Below are positions 54,651 through 64,000 of a DNA stretch of 64,000 bases, in pieces (the first letter of the stretch is position 1; every line of letters begins with the position of its first letter). The position numbers were made by a program, and so were the translations under genes. A model generated the notes under the pieces. That model was not told the DNA's origin. It was given only the letters and a program-made list of their open reading frames with translations, and did no database searches. Source of the stretch: Acidobacteriota bacterium (GTDB taxonomy: Bacteria; Acidobacteriota; JAAYUB01); contig JAGNHB010000018.1 in the NCBI GenBank assembly GCA_018001935.1, positions 14,286-78,285 of the forward strand, read 5' to 3'.

Positions 54651-57600
54651 CCGGCGGTGCGGCCTCCTTCACCACGGCGCCGTCGGTGTCGCTGAGGACG
54701 AGAATGGCGAAGCGGTCCGTGCGGTCCAGGTCGTCGGTGCTCAGCGAGGCGTAGTCGAAGCGCCCGCGCAGGTCGGTGTAGCCGTCCTTGTAGAAGTTGA
54801 CGGAGCCGTCCTTCCACCGGGCGTACACCTTCACGTAGGCCTTGGACACGGGCCGGCCGCCGGCCTCGCGGGTCACCTTGACCTGCCCGAAGGCCTCCAC
54901 CACCTGCACGGTGAGCGCGCCGCCGTGGCAGGGGGTGGTCCGGGTCACGCCGCCGCCCTCGGCCGAGACCACCACGTCGGCGTTCTGCAGGCCGGGCGGG
55001 AGGTCCACCACGGTCCGGGTCGCCCCCGGCGCCGGCTTGACCACACGTGTCTCCTTTGCCCTCACGACCGCGGCCTGCCCGGCGGTGGCCCCCCCGAACG
55101 GGTCGCGGGAGAAGAGCACCTCGGCGTCCGTGGGGTGGAAGCCCAGGCGGATCTCCGGCACGTTGCGGTGCTCCAGGACGATCTTCCGCCCCTCCACCTT
55201 CAATTCCAGCGAGGGTTCCGTGGACGCCAGCGCCTCCTGCCGGCGGTTGCGGTCGTTGCGGTCGGGGGCCGCCGCACCCGCGCGCCCCTCCATCTCGTCC
55301 AGCTGTGCCAGGACGTCGCCGAAGCGTTCGGCCCAGCGCTTGACGGGGTGGCTTTTGTAGCCCTGCGCCAGGGCCCGGGCCGTGGCGGGCGTGTCGGTGA
55401 AGAAGGCCAGCCAGGCGGCGCAGTAGTCGTACTGGAGCCGGGTGGCGAGCTTGCCCGCATCCACCTTGGCGAAGAGGTCCCGCCCCTCGGGGATGCGGTC
55501 CTGCAGGAGCAGGTAGTAAGCCGCCTCGAGCCGGTCGGCGTCGGTCAGTGTGGGCCTGAAGGCCAGCAGGTTCAGGAAGGCCTGGTACTGGGCCGACAGG
55601 CGGTCGTTGGGGATGGTCCGCTGCTTCCCGAAGGTGTGGGCGCGGGCGTTGACCAGGGGCTCGTACTCCAGGTGCCGGTAGGCGCCGATCGCGGCGGGGT
55701 CGAGATCCAGGAGCGGGCTCTGGAGGAAGGGCCCCAACCGGTCCCGGAAGTCGGGGCGGTGGAGGAGGAATTCCCGGATGGCGGGCACGTCCTTGTGGCG
55801 GACGCCGTAGGAAAAGAGGTCGGCGTCGTAGACGTGGCGCCGGGTCAGGACGTCTAGGGCGGCCCGGTAGAAGGCCGCGTCCTTCACCCGCCAGGCGATC
55901 CGGCCGAGGCGGACCCCGTTGAGGTTCTCTTCGCCCAGGTAGCGCAGGACATCCTCGGGCGGCGCGTCCTGGGAGATGTAGGACCAGGAGGTTTTATCGA
56001 TGACGCTGGGCGTCTCCACCACATGCAGGGGCTTCGCCTCGCAGGCGGCCAGGGGGACGCCGCCCGCCGAGACCTGGGCCGGGTAGTGGGCGAACTCCCC
56101 GGGCTTCGGGAAGTAGAAGAAGTACATGAGCTGCCTCGTGGCGTAGGGGTCCAGCAGGACCGGGACGCTTCGGGTGACCCTGCCGGCGCTGACGGGGACC
56201 GCTCCCCGCGGCACCTGGAGCAGCACGTCCAGGCGCTTGCGCAGCCCGCCCGGGTTGGTCAGGACCACGCGGCAGCCGTAGACCACCCGCGGCAGGAACT
56301 CGCCCTCCACGTACTTCTCCTGGGGCTCGCCGTTGATCATGACGGTGTCCTCATCGGGGCGGAAGAAGCGCTGGGTGGCCAGGATGGAGGCCCCCGCGGG
56401 CTTGCTCTCCCCGGCTTCCCGGATTTCCCGCACCACGGCCAGGGCGGGACTCGCCGCCTTGAGGGTGAAGGCGGTCCCCTCCGCTTTCGTCTCGGGTTTT
56501 TCGGCCTTGAAGGGGACGTCCAGGACCGCCAGGGCGGCCAGGGTCTCGGTCAGGCTCCCCGGCGCCTCCAGGACGTGGGGCGAGCGGAAGCCGTCGCCGC
56601 CCTCGTGGAGGACGAAGTCGAGCCAGAAGCGGTTCGGGCGGACCCGCCCGGGGGACTCGGCCGCGGGGGCGAGCCGGTAGTAGTCGCTCTCGGCCAGTTC
56701 CCTGGTCCGCTCCACCTGGCGGAAGGCGGCCGGGGCGTCCATGCGCCGGGCCTTCATGGCGGCGGGCGCCGGGCGGGGCGCGGACGGCTGCATGGCGGCC
56801 TTCTCCTTCTTGGCGAAATAGCCGTCTCTAGAGCTTTCATCCGCCTCTTCACTCGCCAAGGGCGCGGACGACGCGACCGTGATCTGGTCCGCGGAGATGC
56901 CGGCCTCCGGCATGCCAGAAATCTGGTCCTCCGCGGCTTCACGTGCCTCCTCGAGCCCCAGCCGGTCGCCGGCGTCGAGGCCCTCGATGCCCAGGGCCGT
57001 GTCGAAGCGGAGGACCAGTTCGTCCACGGAGGGAGGGTTCGACTCGAGGTGTTTTCGAATCCAGTCCGCCACCGCCTTGCGCTCCTCGGGGACGCGCACC
57101 GCCAGGAACGCCTTCTCCAGGGTGTTGAGCCGTTCGAAGGCGAAGGGTCGCCGGTACGCGGCCAGGTCCTCCTCCAGCAGGAACTTGTCGATGAAGGTCT
57201 TGGTGAGCTTGTTCTTCAGGTAGGGGCGCACCACCCGGTCGAACCAGGGGCGGTCCTTGAAGTAGAGGAAGAGGTGCAGCTCGTGGGAGGCGCAACGGCC
57301 GTAGGCCTCCGCCCGCTCGGCTTCGCTCATCTTGTCCCAGCGCGGGAGGAAGGCGAACTCGCCGAGGGCGCCGTCGGGGCTGACGGCGGAGAAAAGCCGG
57401 TAGGCCCGGTCGAGGTCGTCCACCAGGACCAGTTTGGCGCTGGTGAGGTCGGCGATGGCGACGGACTCGCCCGCGGCGAGGGGCCGGACCGCCTTCTGCT
57501 CCGTGAAGCGCTTCGCGGGGTCGAGCCCCTCGGCGAGGCACAGGTCGCGGAAGGCGGCGGGCGTCTCGGGAAAGGGGAAGACCCGGCAGGCGGACCGTCG

Positions 57601-60600
57601 CTCGTCGACGGCCAGGACCCGCACCAGTTGGGCGTCTCCCAGGTCCTTGCGGGGGACGGTCACCACACCGTTGGCGTCGGGCCGGAGGTTCGCCAGGAAG
57701 ACGCCGGGGTTGCGGAGGAACTCCAGGGATTCGTAGCCCCCCGGAAGGGCCACGGAGAGCTTGGTTCCCGCATCGCCCCGGGATGCGCCGGCCCATCCTC
57801 CCGCAGCGCCCGCGCCGTACCCTTCGCCGGCCATGCCCGCCTGGACGCCCGTCTCGGTCTTCTCCACCGCCCAGGGGTTGAGGAGGAGCCCCGGCCGGGG
57901 GAGCGTGTTCCCCGGCAGGCGAGGCGCGCGCTGCCGTTCCAGGATGTAGCGCATCTCGTCGTCCAGGGCGCGCCCGCCGGTGTAGTCCGAAAGGGGGACG
58001 CCCACCAGGGCCGACGCCGGGCCCGGGAAGGCGAAGGGCGTCAGGTCGGCGAACAGGTCGTGGTCGGGGAGGAATCGCGAGGCGGCGACGTGCACGCGCG
58101 TCCCGGCCGTCCAGTTCGCCAGCTGGATGCGGACGGCCTCGGCGCCCGCGTCCAGGCGGATCACCTGGAGCGGCTCGGGCGTGGCGGCGTCCCACCGCCG
58201 GTCGCCGTCGCGCAAGCGGCCTTCCGCGCCTTCGGGCGGGGCCAGCCGCACGCCGATCACCCGGCCATCGTCGGGAAGGTACAGTTCGTAGGCGCCCGCC
58301 GGGAGGTCCTTGAGGACGAGGAAGCCGTCCTCCCGGCCGAGGGCGGCGGAGCGGTCGTGCAGGGCCACCCCGCGGTCCCCTCGCTCCAGGAGGAAGGGCG
58401 GCGGGCCGTCCGCCGCCGCGCCGGGGATGCGCACGGGCGCCCCGGCGGGGCGGACGACGGGGGACTCCAGGAGGTAGCGGTCCGTGGGGAGCGTCCAGGA
58501 GCGCTGGACGGGTTCCGCCTGGGCCTGGACGGCCGTGACGCCCGGGAGCTTCCCGAGCCGGACGCGCCCGTTCGCGTCGGTCCGCAGCAGGAAGTCCAGC
58601 GTTTCCTTGAAGTCCCGGTGGGTCAGCTGCACCATCACGGCCCGGCCGACCCGCGCTTCGCCGGACTTCCCGAGAAGGTCAACGGCGTAACCGCCCTCGG
58701 CGAGGGAGAGGAAGAGCGCCTCGGTGGCGTCGGTGGCGTCGATGCCGTTGAGGGGGAAGCTCGCCGTGCTGGAAAGGTCCCGGGGCTCCCCGCCCTGGGC
58801 GGGCCTCACCTTCGCCTTCAGCGTGAAGGTGATGGACGTCAGCCGCTCGGGGACCTGGAAGGCGTAGACCGGCTCGAGTTCCCCCTTGAGCGCAAAGTTG
58901 GGGACCTCCCGGACCGATTGGGCGCGGTCCAGGTCCCCGGTGGCGACGACCAGGACCGGGGACTCCAGACAGTCGAGCCCGATCGGTTTGCCGTTGATCG
59001 TGAGGACCGGCCGGACGGCCACGGTGGCCGTCTTCCCGGCCAGGAGCGCCTCCCGCTCCACGTGGAAGCCGGCGTCCAAGCGGTAGTTCTCGGCGAGGTG
59101 GTCCAGGGTGCCCAGGGAGACGGACTCCCCGGCCAGGAAGGCGACGTTTTTCGTCCCGGGCCGCTCGGAGTAGGGGAGGACGATCGTCCCGTCCGCCGCG
59201 GAACGGTAGAGGCGGTTTTCCATCCACAGGCCGGCGTCCTTCACGATACGGCCCGACTCGTCCAGGACCGTGACGTGCTGGCCGTCAGCGGCAGGTTCCG
59301 TCAGGGCGGTCAGGCGCCCCTTCTGGACCAGGGCGCGCACGCTGCGGCCGTTCCCGATGAAGTCCACCACGTACAGGCCCCGCCCGGACAGCTCGGGGAA
59401 GTCGTAGGACCGGACCACCCGCCGCACCGGCGGTTCCTCGTAGGTGAAGGAGCGCTCGGCGGTGGGGAGGATCCCCTCCAGGTCGGCGTTCCGCTCGAAG
59501 GCGGCCGCGGTGCCCGCCCGGCGGAAGGCCAGCAGGTCGACGGCGTAGACCTTGACCAGGAGGGTCTTGATGTTCTTGACGGCGAGGGAGAGCTTCACCG
59601 GGTCGGCGGCGCCGAAGGTCCGCGGGTTGACGGGGAGGAACTCCAGGTCCACCCGTTCCTTCAGGGCGTCGGCCACCACGGGGGTCAGAACGGCGGTCAG
59701 GCGCTGGGGGTCCCCCTTGCCGGCCAGGAGCCGGGTCTCGGCCCAGAGTTTCTGAAGGTACCCGCTCTCGATGAACTCCGCGAACTCGGCGGGCGTGTCG
59801 GCGTCCTCGAGAAACCGGGCCAGGTAGTCGCGGACCAGGGGCTCGTCGTCGCCCGCGCCCAGCAGGGCGAGCTGGCTCCCCCACGAGGAGTTCATGTCGC
59901 CCAGCGACTGGCGTCCGCCGGACTTGGCCCGGAAGTCGGGGTTGACGTAGCCGGCGGCCTTCGGCAGGCGCAGGTAGGCCAGGAAACGGGCCCGGTCGTA
60001 GGTGCCCCGGGTCCGGTCCTCGAGGAGGCGGTGGTAGAGGACGAGGGCTTTCAACCCGTCGAAGGCGGGGGCCAGGCGTTCAGCGAAAGCTTGAAGACGC
60101 TCGAGATACGCCATGCGCTCCGCGGGGGAGGCCTCCAGCTGGGCGGCGCCGTCCCGCGGGCGCAGGCGGACGAGGCAGGCGCCCACGTAGTTGGTGTTCC
60201 GGAGCAGGGCGGGCCGGAGTGCGGCCAGTTCGTCCAGCTGCTCCTGTGTCAGTTGACGGTGGACCATGTAGTCGCCGAAGCCGCGCTCGGGGTGGGCGTC
60301 CAGGTCCTCGGCGACCCAGCGGGCCAGGTCGGGGAGGATGGGGAGTTGAAGCCGCTTGAGGATCTCGTGCTTGAGGCGGGCGTCCGGGTTCAGGGCCGCC
60401 AGGCGGGGCAGGGCCGAGTCGTTGAAGCGGGAGAGCCCGGGGTCCTGCGCGAGGTACTTCGCCGCCAGTTTCCCGAAGTCCAGGGCGTCCGGGGCGAGGG
60501 TGGACGGCGTGGTGTCGGCCCCGGCCGCGTTCTCGCGCTCGTGGTCGAAGCGCAGGCCCAGCTCGTCCTTCAACCGGGTCAGGGATTTCTCCGGGTCGGC

Positions 60601-60912
60601 GCTGTAGAGCAGGAGGATCTGCCGGCACAGGAGCTGCCGGCGCCGGTCGGAGTCGCCGAGCGCTTCGCGCCACTGCTGGAGGAGGGTGTCCGCCTCGGCG
60701 AGCTTGCCCTGGTGCTGGTACAGGAGGCATCGGTAGTAGAAGTGCTCCTCGGAGCCCGGCACCAGCTGGGCCAGCGCGGCCTCGCGGTCGGGGGCCAGGG
60801 CGAAGGTCTCCTCGAAGCCCACGGGGCTCTGGGCGCAGAGGGCCCCCGTGAAGACCGGAAGTCCCAGGAGCCAGAACAGGGCGGTGAAGGCAAGGCGGGA
60901 AGCGTGGCGCAT
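54643..60912 (-). CDS. giant secreted protein (2089 aa) with N-terminal helical/TPR-like region, multiple beta-sandwich (macroglobulin-like?) domains and C-terminal transthyretin/CarboxypepD_reg-like domain
   Basis: ATG at 60912 with GGAGG RBS and signal peptide MRHASRLAFTALFWLLGLPVFTGALCAQ; no thioester CxEQ seen. Confidence 0.75.
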   Translation of the reverse strand: MRHASRLAFTALFWLLGLPVFTGALCAQSPVGFEETFALAPDREAALAQLVPGSEEHFYYRCLLYQHQGKLAEADTLLQQWREALGDSDRRRQLLCRQILLLYSADPEKSLTRLKDELGLRFDHERENAAGADTTPSTLAPDALDFGKLAAKYLAQDPGLSRFNDSALPRLAALNPDARLKHEILKRLQLPILPDLARWVAEDLDAHPERGFGDYMVHRQLTQEQLDELAALRPALLRNTNYVGACLVRLRPRDGAAQLEASPAERMAYLERLQAFAERLAPAFDGLKALVLYHRLLEDRTRGTYDRARFLAYLRLPKAAGYVNPDFRAKSGGRQSLGDMNSSWGSQLALLGAGDDEPLVRDYLARFLEDADTPAEFAEFIESGYLQKLWAETRLLAGKGDPQRLTAVLTPVVADALKERVDLEFLPVNPRTFGAADPVKLSLAVKNIKTLLVKVYAVDLLAFRRAGTAAAFERNADLEGILPTAERSFTYEEPPVRRVVRSYDFPELSGRGLYVVDFIGNGRSVRALVQKGRLTALTEPAADGQHVTVLDESGRIVKDAGLWMENRLYRSAADGTIVLPYSERPGTKNVAFLAGESVSLGTLDHLAENYRLDAGFHVEREALLAGKTATVAVRPVLTINGKPIGLDCLESPVLVVATGDLDRAQSVREVPNFALKGELEPVYAFQVPERLTSITFTLKAKVRPAQGGEPRDLSSTASFPLNGIDATDATEALFLSLAEGGYAVDLLGKSGEARVGRAVMVQLTHRDFKETLDFLLRTDANGRVRLGKLPGVTAVQAQAEPVQRSWTLPTDRYLLESPVVRPAGAPVRIPGAAADGPPPFLLERGDRGVALHDRSAALGREDGFLVLKDLPAGAYELYLPDDGRVIGVRLAPPEGAEGRLRDGDRRWDAATPEPLQVIRLDAGAEAVRIQLANWTAGTRVHVAASRFLPDHDLFADLTPFAFPGPASALVGVPLSDYTGGRALDDEMRYILERQRAPRLPGNTLPRPGLLLNPWAVEKTETGVQAGMAGEGYGAGAAGGWAGASRGDAGTKLSVALPGGYESLEFLRNPGVFLANLRPDANGVVTVPRKDLGDAQLVRVLAVDERRSACRVFPFPETPAAFRDLCLAEGLDPAKRFTEQKAVRPLAAGESVAIADLTSAKLVLVDDLDRAYRLFSAVSPDGALGEFAFLPRWDKMSEAERAEAYGRCASHELHLFLYFKDRPWFDRVVRPYLKNKLTKTFIDKFLLEEDLAAYRRPFAFERLNTLEKAFLAVRVPEERKAVADWIRKHLESNPPSVDELVLRFDTALGIEGLDAGDRLGLEEAREAAEDQISGMPEAGISADQITVASSAPLASEEADESSRDGYFAKKEKAAMQPSAPRPAPAAMKARRMDAPAAFRQVERTRELAESDYYRLAPAAESPGRVRPNRFWLDFVLHEGGDGFRSPHVLEAPGSLTETLAALAVLDVPFKAEKPETKAEGTAFTLKAASPALAVVREIREAGESKPAGASILATQRFFRPDEDTVMINGEPQEKYVEGEFLPRVVYGCRVVLTNPGGLRKRLDVLLQVPRGAVPVSAGRVTRSVPVLLDPYATRQLMYFFYFPKPGEFAHYPAQVSAGGVPLAACEAKPLHVVETPSVIDKTSWSYISQDAPPEDVLRYLGEENLNGVRLGRIAWRVKDAAFYRAALDVLTRRHVYDADLFSYGVRHKDVPAIREFLLHRPDFRDRLGPFLQSPLLDLDPAAIGAYRHLEYEPLVNARAHTFGKQRTIPNDRLSAQYQAFLNLLAFRPTLTDADRLEAAYYLLLQDRIPEGRDLFAKVDAGKLATRLQYDYCAAWLAFFTDTPATARALAQGYKSHPVKRWAERFGDVLAQLDEMEGRAGAAAPDRNDRNRRQEALASTEPSLELKVEGRKIVLEHRNVPEIRLGFHPTDAEVLFSRDPFGGATAGQAAVVRAKETRVVKPAPGATRTVVDLPPGLQNADVVVSAEGGGVTRTTPCHGGALTVQVVEAFGQVKVTREAGGRPVSKAYVKVYARWKDGSVNFYKDGYTDLRGRFDYASLSTDDLDRTDRFAILVLSDTDGAVVKEAAPPGR

Positions 60913-61379
60913 GACATCCTCCGTTTGGGCGACAGTCGTGGCGGGGGCGCAAGCCTCGACCTCGCGCAGCGCCGCGAAGTCGCAACACCTCGCAAGGAAG
61001 CCATGAGGTTTGGGCCGGATCCAGGGCCTCGGAGGGGATCGTCGCTGCGAAACCTCGGAGCCATCCTGTTTTTCCCTGCGGGCTGTCTTGCGCGTCCACG
61101 TGTATTGGACACCCATCCGGACGTTTTCACCAGATATTTTTTGCAGGGTTTTTCACCTCCGGTCCTGACCTGGCCGGAAAACGCCTCGATCCCCGCCGGG
61201 GGATCAATTTGAATGGACCGATGGGGAGTGCGGCGCGGAGGCTTGCCGGAGCGCCGCTTTGCGACAAGCCCCAGGCGCAAGGCGCGCAGGCCGCCGGAGC
61301 GCCGAATTCCCGTCGCCGCCGACCCGTCGTTTCGGCCTCGGGTCCGACCCAATGCCGCCACCCCGCAGGATACGGGTGC

Positions 61380-61702
61380 CAGGTGTTGGTTAACTTCGCT
61401 TCCACCAGTTCGTCGACCGCCCCGTCGCGAACCACGACGAAATCGACCTCGCGGCCGTCCCGGTCGCGCAGGAACGCGAGCTCCCACTCCTCGCCGGTGT
61501 AGTCCTCCAGGAAGTCGATCTTCTTCCGCAGGTGCGTGGCGACCAGGTTCTCGAACCGTGCGCCCGGTTGCCGGTCCTCGGGGCAATCAACGTCCAGGTT
61601 GTCGTAGAAGTACGCCTTGAAAGGTCCCTGCACGGCCCGGGCCACGTTGACCGAGTAGGGCCGCACCACGAAGACCAGGTACATCCGGCTGAGGATCTCC
61701 AC
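61380..61702 (-). pseudogene. 5'-truncated fragment of a DUF4143-containing AAA+ ATPase gene
   Basis: PFKAYFYDNLDV...ARFENLVATHL...EVDFVVV...VEAK matches the DUF4143 C-terminal domain; no AAA domain upstream; the ORF tail runs into low-complexity sequence. Confidence 0.5.
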
Positions 61703-61840
61703 CCAGTGGGGAAGATGGGCGACCTGTTACGGCAATCTCCCAATGAAATCCAACCGTCCTTTGCGCACATAGGCCATTCCCGTTTCCACGAATGATCGAA
61801 AAAAGCCCGCACAGATCAGACGGTCGAGATCGCCGTACCG

Positions 61841-62668
61841 TCACAGCCCGCCACGCACCGGCCACACGGAGGAGGAGACCGTTTTTAAGCCCGCCACAGG
61901 GGTCAAGACGCCGTCCGACAGCCTCACGTACCAGGCGTACGTTGGCACGTCGGTGTAGGTGGTACTCGTCCACGCGAAGGCCGGGACGCCGGTGAAGGGT
62001 GGGCCAGGAGGCCACCCCGGGCCCAAGCTGTGCAACTCGTTTGCGTTGGGCAGCCGCCAGTCTCCCTCGGCCGACCCATCACTCAAGTTGCACTCGCCGC
62101 TGTGCAGCGTCTTGGCGGAACTCAAGGCCGCAGTCCATGTCTGCGTACCAAGGCAAGAAGCGTCCTTCAGCCAGATCAGCGCCGTCAGGTTATCGGTGAC
62201 CGTGCCGTCGCCGTTGTCTGTGAAGCGCACCCCCGTCCACGCCGGCGTGTTGTACCCACCACCGCTCATAGTGGGCACCACGGCTGGATCGATGCCCGCC
62301 CGGTACTCACCGTCCTGGCCTGTTCCCGAGCAGGCGATCACGTTGCCCGCCTCATCGTAGCACGTTGTCTGGCCGGTCTTGGCCACGCGCTTCGCCAGCG
62401 CGCGCGGCTGCGCTTTGGCCATGATCTCGTCCAGCGTATGCATCGTGCTCCCCGGCCCGCTCGTCGGCTCCGTGAACCCGCTCAGCTTCACGAAGTAGTA
62501 GCCCGTCGTCAGCCGCTGGTAGATCTGCTCCAGCGTGTACATCCGCGAGCCGGGATCGGCCGGCCCGGCAACCGGCTCCAGCTCCCCAGCCCGTACGACG
62601 CCGGCTGCCGCGAGCAGCAGGCCGATGATCAAACCGATCACGACAACAAACAGGGTTTTGCTGCGCAT
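61841..62668 (-). CDS. DUF1566 (Lcl C-terminal domain) protein with N-terminal TM anchor
   Basis: TGQTTCYDEAGNVIACSGTGQDGEY...RFTDNGDGTVTDNLTALIWLKD...DWRLPNANEL; ATG at 62668 with GGAGG RBS; lower-GC region. Confidence 0.7.
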   Translation of the reverse strand: MRSKTLFVVVIGLIIGLLLAAAGVVRAGELEPVAGPADPGSRMYTLEQIYQRLTTGYYFVKLSGFTEPTSGPGSTMHTLDEIMAKAQPRALAKRVAKTGQTTCYDEAGNVIACSGTGQDGEYRAGIDPAVVPTMSGGGYNTPAWTGVRFTDNGDGTVTDNLTALIWLKDASCLGTQTWTAALSSAKTLHSGECNLSDGSAEGDWRLPNANELHSLGPGWPPGPPFTGVPAFAWTSTTYTDVPTYAWYVRLSDGVLTPVAGLKTVSSSVWPVRGGL

Positions 62669-63239
62669 TGTGAACCTCCCCGGTGCTGTTCCCGGATGCT
62701 TGGGTGAATCATCCTGATCCACGTTACCTGTCTCCTGCCACGCAACTCTACCCGAATTTCCCGGCGTTGGTGCGTGGATCCACATTGAGCGGCGAGGTGG
62801 GGGTCGTACACCGCGGCTCGCCGGGGATCGTCCCGCACGTTACGGACAGGAAGTCGGTTTTTCGATGATCCGTGGGCATGGGTGGAAAATATTCGGAAAT
62901 GGGGAAGCAGTCAAGAGAATTCCGAGCTGACAATAGCTTCATCATCGGCCGCCACCTGGGCGTCCCGGAAGCGGAGGTGGACAAGCTCATCCGGCAGTAC
63001 ATCGAATCGACCCGGGTGGACTTCCCGGACCGCCCGGACGTTTTTCCTCCGGGGTTGTAGCGACCGTAGGCCAGGTGCCCTTTGCCACTCGAAGTGTCGT
63101 GAGTCCGTTGATCCATTTTCGGCGAATTTGAAGTCTGAGTCAAATCTGCCGCGGCAATTTGCAACTCCAGTCAAGTGATGCCGTCAACGGTGCCCCATTC
63201 ACTCTTGGACCCATCTTCGACAGTTGGAGACCAACCTAA

Positions 63240-63300
63240 CCCGGATAAACCGGAATGGAACCACGAACCACACGAACCACACGAAAAAGATCGGACAGGA
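63240..63300. repeat. CACGAAC-type short tandem repeat block
   Basis: ggaatggaaccacgaaccacacgaaccacacgaaaaag. Confidence 0.7.
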
Positions 63301-63438
63301 AATCTTTGCCAATATGACAAAAAGTGCACTTTGAAGGTACTACCGCTCAACCTCCAAACCAACGTGTCGAAGATGGGGTCGATATGTTGGAAACGGAACC
63401 GGGTTACCCACATTATTACCCAGATAATTGGATCTTAC

Positions 63439-64000
63439 CTACATTCTCCGCCAACGGGCGTTACGTCCCATGCCGAGGCATTCCAGTTGGCCGGCCGCTT
63501 TGCGGGCTTTGATCGTCCTCCGGATCAAATCGATACTCACTTCCGGGCAGGCGCGCCGAACGTCCCCCACGCTGAACTCACCCATGACTTGCTGGAGAAA
63601 ACGATCAACCCTCTCGGTCTTCTCCCCCCGCAGCGAATCGAATGATCCGACTCTTTCGATGAACTCGTCGTAGGCCTTTTTCAAGATGAACAACAGGTAG
63701 CCGATGTAGGGCCAGGGATCGTGATTTCCCTCATGCCACCCTTGGGAGCTCTCTTTCAAGGTCTCGTAATACCTCTCCTTGTTTTCTTCGATCAAGCGTT
63801 CGAGGCTGATGTAGCGGCCTACTTCGATCCCCAGATGGTAACAGGTCAAAAGTAACAGCAGGCGGGAGACCCGGCCATTTCCGTCCCGAAAGGGGTGAAT
63901 GCAGAGGAAGTCCAGGTTGAGCGCGGCGATGAGAACAACGGGGGCAATGGCGTGTTCCTTGATTTCTTCCTCCCACAGCGCGAACGCGGACTGCAGGTAA
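63439..64000 (-). CDS. Fic/Doc family protein, C-terminal part (5' end beyond the window)
   Basis: Fic motif IHPFRDGNGRVSRLLLLL in the reverse-strand translation near 63880-63930; C-terminal winged-helix-like tail. Confidence 0.8.
   Translation of the reverse strand, partial: YLQSAFALWEEEIKEHAIAPVVLIAALNLDFLCIHPFRDGNGRVSRLLLLLTCYHLGIEVGRYISLERLIEENKERYYETLKESSQGWHEGNHDPWPYIGYLLFILKKAYDEFIERVGSFDSLRGEKTERVDRFLQQVMGEFSVGDVRRACPEVSIDLIRRTIKARKAAGQLECLGMGRNARWRRM

Noticed and set aside
54643-60912. Classical thioester-containing alpha-2-macroglobulin assignment
   Set aside because: No CxEQ thioester motif found. Only a generic multi-beta-sandwich resemblance, so I kept it as a low-confidence similarity.
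62872-63060. 62-aa plus-strand ORF (MGMGGKYSEMGKQSREF...) as a possible Fic antitoxin or small regulator
   Set aside because: No recognisable family. It lies on the opposite strand and downstream of the Fic gene. It could be coding in the low-GC island but I cannot support it.

Overview
High-GC (about 70%) bacterial window with no rRNA, tRNA or CRISPR recognised. The gene content (ADOP/MacB-type duplicated FtsX permease, Ser/Thr-kinase-FGE fusion, many large secreted proteins) is compatible with Acidobacteriota-like soil bacteria, but the phylum is not certain. Coding content, left to right: cysD(5' partial)-cysC and an ssuABC-like sulfonate ABC operon; ligA with unusual low-complexity insertions; a block of large secreted proteins (PLC-like giant protein, papain-family C1 peptidase, PEP-CTERM-like protein, BNR beta-propeller, repeat-domain protein, tail-fibre-like protein); a SecD-P1-head-like periplasmic protein; a CocE/NonD hydrolase with dockerin; an orphan xanthine-dehydrogenase-family Mo subunit; vapBC; lpxD; a degraded RHH/PIN toxin-antitoxin pair; a macA / ABC ATPase / MacB-ADOP permease efflux operon; an STK-FGE kinase; a hybrid Y_Y_Y sensor kinase; a GxxExxY ORF flanked by inverted repeats; an orphan sensor kinase; a PaaK-like ligase; a three-gene MoxR-like AAA+ / unknown / HExxH-vWA operon with GTGA start-stop overlaps; an MNT-HepT-HicB toxin-antitoxin islet; a WD40-like secreted protein; a 2089-aa secreted giant protein; and a lower-GC accessory tail (DUF4143 ATPase fragment, DUF1566 protein, Fic 3' partial). 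The most striking sequence-level signal is a pervasive family of modular intergenic elements built from tandem short-period repeats, often in inverted pairs, recurring at 14 or more loci including inside the efflux operon. The repeat modules have periods of 6 nt (GATACC/GATTGC), 7 nt (AAAGGAC, CCTACAG/CCTTCAG) and 9 nt (CCCATTCAT, CTGTCAGAC), plus CACGAAC and GCAAAG arrays. Several recurring approximately 30-bp motifs sit upstream of genes. Long antisense ORFs in the six-frame track are high-GC artefacts and were not called.
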